Of a stretch of 33,189 nucleotides of DNA, positions 27,133-33,189 are shown piece by piece. This DNA is from an uncultured Nitrosopumilales archaeon (GTDB taxonomy: Archaea > Thermoproteota > Nitrososphaeria > Nitrososphaerales > UBA57). The stretch is from assembly GCA_964644785.1 (NCBI GenBank), contig CAZXXP010000005.1, positions 1-33,189 of the forward strand. Reading direction: 5' to 3'. Positions within the stretch are counted from its first letter, which is position 1. Each line of letters starts with the position of its first letter. The notes under the pieces are model-generated. The model searched no databases and was not told where the DNA came from. It saw nothing but the letters and a program-made list of their open reading frames with translations. The position numbers and the translations under genes are program-made.

Positions 27133-27582
27133 TCAAGGTTTATGCAGAACAATACGAACAAAGGAACCTTCAACGACTTTATGTTTGTCAGCAAAACCAG
27201 CATCAACCTCCAAAACATACTTTGCATTATTATTAGGATCTATCGCTTTGCATGAAGCACCACATGGGGGAACACTCTTAGCGAGATAAACAACCCTACC
27301 ATTAGAGTTAATCCAGATCATATCGAGATTGAATTTCATATTCATCATCCAAAATGGATAATTTCCCTCATTTTCAAAAATGAACAACATTCCAGCGTTT
27401 TCTGGTAATAACTCTCTATTCATCAACCCTTGAGCTCTTTCTTCAAAGTTATCAGCAACCTCAACATTTATTCTATTACTGTTAATCTCTACATACGCGC
27501 CTTGCTCGGGAACAGGAATAGAAAAGAAAACTACTGCCGCAATAATAATTATAGCTAAGAGAAGTATTAAACGGCGATGCAC
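27133..27582 (-). CDS. DUF192 family protein with N-terminal signal anchor
   Basis: GLMNRELLPENAGMLFIF...PFWMMNMKFNLDMIWIN...YVLEV is the DUF192 pattern. The N-terminus is hydrophobic (LILLLAIIIIAAVVFF). GTG start. Confidence 0.7.
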   Translation of the reverse strand: MHRRLILLLAIIIIAAVVFFSIPVPEQGAYVEINSNRINVEVADNFEERAQGLMNRELLPENAGMLFIFENEGNYPFWMMNMKFNLDMIWINSNGRVVYLAKSVPPCGASCKAIDPNNNAKYVLEVDAGFADKHKVVEGSFVRIVLHKP

Positions 27583-27605
27583 ACCGGAGAGATAAAAATC
27601 AAGGG

Positions 27606-28382
27606 CTAATTAAGCGGTTTGAAAATCTCATCAATATCCTTACCAAGACCTTTCCAGAGCTTCTTCTGATATTCAACATATTTTTCCTGTCTCCGCCACC
27701 ATTCACTCTCCCAAACACCATCCAAATCTAAAATAAGCTTCCTCCCATGAACTCTAATTCTTCCATCTACATGCAGTTGTATAGCCTTAGGATACATTCT
27801 GTGCTCTATAACACTAACTCTATCACTAAGTCTTTCCGGGGTATCATTTTTGAATACAGCAACAGAAGCTCCGATTATCACAGGACCTCTATCAACACTA
27901 GAATTAACATAATGAACCGTGCAACCTGATACGTTTTCTCCTGCATTTATTACAGCCTCATGGACTTTTAACCCAACCATCCCTAACCCACCAAACCTCC
28001 CAATATCATAAGCAGGATGAATATTCATTATCCTGTTTGAGTATCTACTAACGAAAATATTACTGAGAACTTGGTTGAAACCTGCACAGATAACCAATTC
28101 GACATCATCCTTTAGAAACATATTGGAAACCTTATCATCAAAATCCCTTCTTCCTTTCTCCCTTTCTTCTAAGGAAGAAAACTTCCTCCCAACAACTCCC
28201 TGAATAAAATCTGTTTTAATATTTGCACTAACTGCTTTTTTAATAGCCTCTGCATGTGGATTATTGGAAACTACCTTAATTACCTTCGAATTTAACAAAA
28301 CGCCGAGCCTTATATGATCCATTATAGCCTGCAAACCGGTACCCTTACCGCTCACAAGCACTGCAATTTTGGCTTGCCGCAA
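27606..28382 (-). CDS. purN: Phosphoribosylglycinamide formyltransferase (PurN-like) with an internal insertion and a ~45-aa C-terminal extension
   Basis: IAVLVSGKGTGLQAI, VICAGFNQVL, IMNIHPA, SGCTVHYVNSSVDRGPVI and ERLSDRVSVIEHRMYPKAIQL are the formyltransferase core. 258 aa against the usual ~200. Confidence 0.75.
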   Translation of the reverse strand: MRQAKIAVLVSGKGTGLQAIMDHIRLGVLLNSKVIKVVSNNPHAEAIKKAVSANIKTDFIQGVVGRKFSSLEEREKGRRDFDDKVSNMFLKDDVELVICAGFNQVLSNIFVSRYSNRIMNIHPAYDIGRFGGLGMVGLKVHEAVINAGENVSGCTVHYVNSSVDRGPVIIGASVAVFKNDTPERLSDRVSVIEHRMYPKAIQLHVDGRIRVHGRKLILDLDGVWESEWWRRQEKYVEYQKKLWKGLGKDIDEIFKPLN

Positions 28383-28616
28383 TTTAAAACACTTGATAAC
28401 AACACAATAATATTCATGTCGTATAGAGCAGACATCTAAACAAACTCATATCAAACATCACTGCAAATTCTCCCAGTTAGACACACTGAATGGGAAAATC
28501 TTCGCAACCAAAACAACATTTCTTAGAATAGATTAATAGAGAATCCCTACCCAACATTCCCTTTACTGGTAAACAACCAATAAGCATTTTTACAACACCA
28601 TTACATTTTGATATCC

Positions 28617-29144
28617 ATGAAACTCAAAGGGGTCAGGGTAGCCATTCTTGCTGAAAACCAATACGAAGATCTCGAACTTTGGTATCCTTACTACAGACTA
28701 AAGGAAGAGGGTGCAGATGTGAAAATTATAGGCACAGGTAGCGCCGAAGTCTACAAAAGTAAACATGGTTATGATGTTAAAGTAGACCTGAATGTTGATA
28801 ATGCTAGTGTGGATCAATTCGATTCCGTAATAGTGCCTGGAGGTTGGGCGCCAGATTACATGAGAAGATATCCAAAAATGGTCGAGTTTGTAAGACTGGC
28901 GAATGACAAGAATAAAATTATTGCTGCTATATGTCACGCAGGTTCATTATTAGTTTCAGCAGGAGTCCTAAAAGGAAAAACTGCTACATGCTTCAAAGCA
29001 ATAAAGGATGATATGATTAACGCAGGAGCCAAATATGTTGACAGAGAGGTTGTCGTCGACAAAAACCTCGTTACTTCAAGACACCCATCAGACCTACCAG
29101 CATTTTGTAGAGAATTGATAGCAGTTTTGGCAAAGAGAAAATAA
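28617..29144 (+). CDS. pfpI: DJ-1/PfpI family intracellular protease/deglycase
   Basis: KGVRVAILAENQYEDLELWYP, DSVIVPGGWAPD, the nucleophile elbow (IAAICHAGSLL) and VVVDKNLVTSRHPSDLPAF. ATG 28617 is preferred over TTG 28608. Confidence 0.85.
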   Translation: MKLKGVRVAILAENQYEDLELWYPYYRLKEEGADVKIIGTGSAEVYKSKHGYDVKVDLNVDNASVDQFDSVIVPGGWAPDYMRRYPKMVEFVRLANDKNKIIAAICHAGSLLVSAGVLKGKTATCFKAIKDDMINAGAKYVDREVVVDKNLVTSRHPSDLPAFCRELIAVLAKRK

Positions 29145-29219
29145 GAAACTACTGGTTATTTCAAACTCTAAATTAGAACACTTAATATCATAACTGAGTA
29201 AACCTCAGAGAGTATCTTT

Positions 29220-30554
29220 ATGGTAATGTCAAAAAATACTCACAGAGACCAATACAAGAAAATTTTCAATTTATTAAAGAAACATCATCAATGGTTCGCC
29301 AATTCCATCCCACTCATTGCAAGCGAAAACATTACTAGCCCTGCAGTTAGAGAAGCATTCATCTCTGATCTTGCAAACAGGTATGCTGAAGGCTGGCCTG
29401 GAGAGAGGGTTTACGCTGGATGCAGTCTTGCCATAGACCCAATCGAACTAATATGTATAGAACTGGCAAAGAAACTGTTTAGAGCGGAGTTTGTGGATGT
29501 ACGACCTGTTTCAGGAGTGTGTGCGAACCTCTCCGTTTACTCGGCATTTACAAACCCCAATGATAGATTGCTTGCACTAGCAATACCTTCCGGAGGACAT
29601 ATTTCATCAGGGAGGAAGGAATTCTCTGGGACTGCAGGCCTTGTCCATGGTTTGAGAACTGAATATTTTGCATATGACAAAGACGAAATGAACATCGATA
29701 TAGACAAAACAAAGGAGAAGGTTAAGAAGATGGTTAAGGATGAAAATGACCCTCCAAAAATGGCCATGTTTGGGGGAAGTCTCTTCCTGTTCCCTCACCC
29801 TGTTAGGGAGCTTGCAGACTTTCTGAAAAGTTATGGAATTTTCGTTTGCTACGACTCTGCCCACGTTTCTGGGCTCATCGCTGGAGGCCAGTTCCAAGAC
29901 CCATTGCGAGAAGGAGCGGAAGCTGTAACGTTAAGCACACATAAGACTCTCCCAGGTCCTCAGGGAGGTGCAATTCTTTCACTAGAAAAATATGCAGAGC
30001 AGATAAAGAAAGCAGTCTTTCCAGGCAATACTAGTAACCATCACTTACACAGCGTAGCTGCAAAGGCGGTTGTTTTCGCTGAAATGATAGAGTTTGGAAA
30101 GGATTATGCCGTACAAATCGTAAAGAATGCAAAGACACTGGCACAGGCACTGAATGACAAGGGGATTACAATTCTCGGTGAGAAGAATGGATTTACAAAA
30201 TCACACCAGATTGCACTTGACATAAGCAAGTATGGAGACGGAGGGACTTTAGAGAAACACCTTGAAAAGGCGAACATAATCACAAACAGGCAGCTTCTAC
30301 CTGGGGACATCGCAGCAGGAAGGCATTACATGCACCCGGGTGGCTTGAGATTCGGCACTCAGGAGGTTACCAGGCTTGGAATGAGACAATCTGAAATGAA
30401 GGAAATTGCAGAACTAGTTGTAAGAATAATTGTCAAGAAGGAAGAACCTGCAGTGGTCAAGAAAGAGGTAATATCCATGAGAAAGAGATTCCAAAAGGTG
30501 TACTACGCCTTTGATACAAAAAGAGATGCCTATGACTATATCAAAATCCGCTGA
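29220..30554 (+). CDS. glyA: Serine hydroxymethyltransferase
   Basis: LIASENITSPAVREA, RYAEGWPGERVYAGC, VRPVSGVCANL and the PLP-lysine block (TLSTHKTLPGPQGG). Confidence 0.95.
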   Translation: MVMSKNTHRDQYKKIFNLLKKHHQWFANSIPLIASENITSPAVREAFISDLANRYAEGWPGERVYAGCSLAIDPIELICIELAKKLFRAEFVDVRPVSGVCANLSVYSAFTNPNDRLLALAIPSGGHISSGRKEFSGTAGLVHGLRTEYFAYDKDEMNIDIDKTKEKVKKMVKDENDPPKMAMFGGSLFLFPHPVRELADFLKSYGIFVCYDSAHVSGLIAGGQFQDPLREGAEAVTLSTHKTLPGPQGGAILSLEKYAEQIKKAVFPGNTSNHHLHSVAAKAVVFAEMIEFGKDYAVQIVKNAKTLAQALNDKGITILGEKNGFTKSHQIALDISKYGDGGTLEKHLEKANIITNRQLLPGDIAAGRHYMHPGGLRFGTQEVTRLGMRQSEMKEIAELVVRIIVKKEEPAVVKKEVISMRKRFQKVYYAFDTKRDAYDYIKIR

Positions 30555-30563
30555 CGATCTAAA

Positions 30564-30969
30564 ATGAAAATTAAAGATGTAATGGTGAGGCTAGTAGTTA
30601 CTGTAGGGCCAGGCGAAACTGTACTTGCTGCTGCGACAAAAATGGCTTGGAAAGGAACAAGTGCACTTGTTGGAGTCATAACAGAATGTGATCTTGCAAG
30701 GAAACTCATAGCGGCAAAAAGAGACCCGAATAATACAAAAATTTTAGAACTTATGTCCGAACCACTCTTTAGTGTCTCCAGACGATGATGTTAAAGAAGC
30801 AGCCAAAACTATGTCAATAAACGAAGTATGTAGATTACAGGTAGTAGAAAATGGAAAACTTGTAGGGATGGTTACACCGACAGATCTAGCCAAAAGCATT
30901 GTGTGGCAGCTTATGAGACACGACGTACTACTTTACGCGATAGCACGATATCACAAATACGGCTATTAA
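30564..30969 (+). pseudogene. CBS-pair protein split by a +1 frameshift at 30768-30772 (two track ORFs, 30564..30788 and 30772..30969)
   Basis: Frame 1 ends ...ILELMSEPLFSVSRR-stop. Frame 2 continues VSPDDDVKEAAKTMSINEVCRLQVVENGKLVGMVTPTDLAKSI. Skipping A30771 restores a continuous second CBS motif (LMSEPLFVSPDDDV). Confidence 0.6.
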
Positions 30970-31015
30970 ATCCAAAATAACGATTATAAGTTTGCATTTT
31001 CAGATATCGATTGAA

Positions 31016-32236
31016 ATGCAGGCAGAGAAAATTTCGAAAAAGAGACCAATCAGTTACATAGTAACCATTATAACTCTTATAGTGGTTTCTGGCTTCTTAA
31101 CAGGCTTCACACTCAATCTGCAGAACCAGATGCAAAACTTCTCAAATAAAGTCGACTTCTTGAATGTAGAAACGAAAAGCCTGCAGACAGTTGTCGAAAA
31201 CATGCAGAAGAAAATCGTAGACATACAAAATGGGGCGGCCAACAATAACATAACATTACCTGCACAACCACTTTCAGACGGGAAATTATCCAACGGCTTA
31301 GATTTCTCAAATTTGTATCAGAACGTGAGAGAATCAGTAGTTCAGATAGTAGCAGGCGACGCTACTGGTTCTGGTTGGGTGTATGACAATACACATGTGG
31401 TTACTAACTTCCATGTAATAGAATCAACAAACGATGTTGAAATCGTTCTATACGACGGAGCAACATTAAGAGGAAAAATTGTTGGAAAGGATCAATATTC
31501 AGATCTGGCAGTAATATCCGTTACCTTACCGCAAGGAATTCGGCTAAGGCCTCTGAGTATAGGAGATTCGCTGAAGCTTAAAGTTGGGGAACGTGTAGTT
31601 GCCGTTGGAGCCCCGTTTGGACTTACAGGTTCAATTACACAAGGCATAGTCAGCCAGACGGGACGACTACTTCAAGCACCTGGAACTCAATACTCTATTC
31701 CCAACGTAATCCAAATCGACGCTCCAATAAACCCTGGCAATTCTGGAGGACCTTTAATGAATCTAAACGGTGAAGTTGTGGGCGTAACAAGCGCAGGTGT
31801 TACAACTGGTGGAGCGTTCGAAGGTATAGGATTAGTAATCCCTTCAAGTTCAGTTAAGAGAGTGATTCCGGCATTATTAACAACCGGTACATACAAACAC
31901 CCATTCTTAGGAATTACAGGGGGTGATGTCACGCCACTAATAGCACAAGCAAACAAATTAAACACTACACGAGGAGTAATAATAGTAGAGGTTCTAGCAG
32001 GTAGCCCCGCACAGAAAGCGGGGATTAGAAGCAGTACTGTAAACAATCAGATACCTGTAGGAGGCGACGTAGTAGTCGCAGTTGACGGAAATGTGGTAAG
32101 GAAGATTGATGATATTATCGCATATTCTGAAGAGTTCAAGAAGCCCGGAGATTCCGTTACAATGACATTGCTGAGAGAAGGCAAAAAAATTAACGTCAGT
32201 GTAATACTTGGAGAGAGACCACCACCAAGTAATTAA
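31016..32236 (+). CDS. htrA: HtrA/DegP-family serine protease with N-terminal membrane anchor and C-terminal PDZ domain
   Basis: A TM helix (YIVTIITLIVVSGFLTGF) and the catalytic triad context (THVVTNFHVIE; SDLAVISV; INPGNSGGPLMN). The PDZ region is GVIIVEVLAGSPAQKAGIR...GDVVVAVDG. ATG 31016 sits ~30 nt downstream of a TTATAA box, and the track start is TTG 30992. Confidence 0.9.
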   Translation: MQAEKISKKRPISYIVTIITLIVVSGFLTGFTLNLQNQMQNFSNKVDFLNVETKSLQTVVENMQKKIVDIQNGAANNNITLPAQPLSDGKLSNGLDFSNLYQNVRESVVQIVAGDATGSGWVYDNTHVVTNFHVIESTNDVEIVLYDGATLRGKIVGKDQYSDLAVISVTLPQGIRLRPLSIGDSLKLKVGERVVAVGAPFGLTGSITQGIVSQTGRLLQAPGTQYSIPNVIQIDAPINPGNSGGPLMNLNGEVVGVTSAGVTTGGAFEGIGLVIPSSSVKRVIPALLTTGTYKHPFLGITGGDVTPLIAQANKLNTTRGVIIVEVLAGSPAQKAGIRSSTVNNQIPVGGDVVVAVDGNVVRKIDDIIAYSEEFKKPGDSVTMTLLREGKKINVSVILGERPPPSN

Positions 32237-33056
32237 CGGTAAAATCTTGAAATCAAAAGAGGGATTAGTAAAGGCTGGAGACGTTACTCTACACTATCTA
32301 CAATGGGGTAACGGTTCAAAAACAATACTTGCACTGCATGGTGTAAGCTCAATAGCTCACACCTGGGATCCTGTTGGGGAGAAACTCGCAGACCACTATA
32401 GATTTATTGCAATAGATCAGAGAGGACATGGAGATAGTAGCAAACCTGAAGACGGTTATACCGCTGATGATTACAGTAACGACATCCTTGCATTCATAGA
32501 TAGACTCTCAATTCGGAAGTCAATTCTACTCGGCCATTCTATGGGTGGCAGAAACGCCATTGTATTCGCTGCAAAATACCCAAAGAGAGTCTCCAAACTC
32601 ATAATCGAGGACTTTGGATATGGGATTCCAAAAAGCGTATACAAGGCAATGAACACGCTCGTATTAAGCAATCCAAAAGAATTCATATCAGAAGACCAAG
32701 CCTTCCACCATTTGAAAGCGAGATCGAAGTTCTACCGCGACGATGCTACGTGGAACAGAATAAGGAACGCATTTTTCAAGACCGAAAATGGATTAAGGTG
32801 GAAGTATGATGGAAATGCGATAACTGAAAGTTTGAACCATTTGTATATAGACTTACCTCCGTATCTCAAAGCAATACAATGTCCCACACTCTTCATAAGA
32901 GGTGAAAAGAGCAAAATATTTTCGAAAGAAGCAGCACTTGAAACTCTAAAATTCAACGAGAATTTTCAACTCGAAGAAGTCAGTAATTCCACTCATTTTA
33001 TTCAAGACGAGAATCCTGAAGAATTAATTGAAAAGATTGGAATATTCTTGAACTGA
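32208..33056 (+). CDS. Alpha/beta-fold hydrolase
   Basis: ILALHGVSS, the nucleophile elbow (LLGHSMGG), and a C-terminal His block (SNSTHFIQDENPEE). The start could be TTG 32208 (overlapping the htrA end) or TTG 32247. Confidence 0.8.
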   Translation: MERDHHQVINGKILKSKEGLVKAGDVTLHYLQWGNGSKTILALHGVSSIAHTWDPVGEKLADHYRFIAIDQRGHGDSSKPEDGYTADDYSNDILAFIDRLSIRKSILLGHSMGGRNAIVFAAKYPKRVSKLIIEDFGYGIPKSVYKAMNTLVLSNPKEFISEDQAFHHLKARSKFYRDDATWNRIRNAFFKTENGLRWKYDGNAITESLNHLYIDLPPYLKAIQCPTLFIRGEKSKIFSKEAALETLKFNENFQLEEVSNSTHFIQDENPEELIEKIGIFLN

Positions 33057-33114
33057 AAAAAAGAAGAATCGGCGGCCGTCGTTAATCCGCACCGCCTATC
33101 CGTTTTCTGCCTAT

Positions 33115-33189
33115 GCCTGAGGTGTCTCAGTATTTGCCTGAGGTGTCTCAGTATTTGCCTGAGGTGTCTCAGTATTTGCCTGAGGTGTC
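33115..33189. repeat. Perfect 21-bp tandem repeat (GCCTGAGGTGTCTCAGTATTT), at least 3.6 copies, running off the window end
   Basis: Copies at 33115-33135, 33136-33156 and 33157-33177, with a partial copy at 33178-33189. The period is a multiple of 3 and is open in one frame on each strand. Confidence 0.9.

Noticed and set aside
30765-30775. Programmed +1 ribosomal frameshift in the CBS gene
   Set aside because: There is no recognisable shift-prone context (no rare or stop codon in the A-site of the zero frame at the shift point, no stimulatory structure noticed). A mutation or homopolymer-adjacent sequencing error is more parsimonious. It is kept only as a low-priority check.

Overview
This 33.2-kb window is AT-rich archaeal chromosome. 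The gene set fits a TACK-lineage archaeon, most likely Nitrososphaerota/Thaumarchaeota: PolD DP1 and DP2, Orc1/Cdc6, Elf1, GGGP synthase, archaemetzincin, a Sulfolobus-type Zn-ferredoxin and GS. I cannot confirm taxonomy without a database search.

Layout:
- 1-3530: a decayed zone with no convincing long genes except a PPOX-like ORF and a small DUF3303-like ORF. It ends in a ~1.05-kb IS element that keeps its 17-bp terminal inverted repeats but has a multiply frameshifted transposase.
- 3.6-9.7 kb: housekeeping genes, namely Zn-ferredoxin, thioredoxin, glnA, a CBS protein, an F420-type methylene-H4MPT dehydrogenase (Mtd) homolog and archaemetzincin.
- 9.8-16.5 kb: a seven-gene, translationally coupled tetrapyrrole cluster (sirC-hemA-hemB-hemL-hemC-cobA-hemD).
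- 16.4-25.4 kb: a replication island. It runs elf1-GGGPS-PolD large subunit, then three small uncharacterised wHTH/HTH proteins, then a replication origin with ORB repeats and an AT-rich unwinding region, then orc1/cdc6 converging on the PolD small subunit.
- 25.4-33.1 kb: metabolism and proteostasis genes (PMM/PGM, DUF192, purN, pfpI, glyA, a frameshifted CBS gene, htrA, an alpha/beta hydrolase).
- The window ends inside a perfect 21-bp tandem repeat.

I found no CRISPR array, rRNA, convincing tRNA or recognisable defence system.

The observations I consider most worth following up:
- The origin architecture, which shows two ORB classes.
- Four conserved genes (orc1/cdc6, hemA, GGGPS, an HExxH protein) whose homology-supported N-termini lie upstream of any ATG/GTG/TTG. 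This implies ATT/ATA/CTG initiation, twice at CTGA stop/start overlaps.
- The origin-proximal trio of small DNA-binding proteins.
- The Mtd homolog alongside folate-type C1 enzymes.
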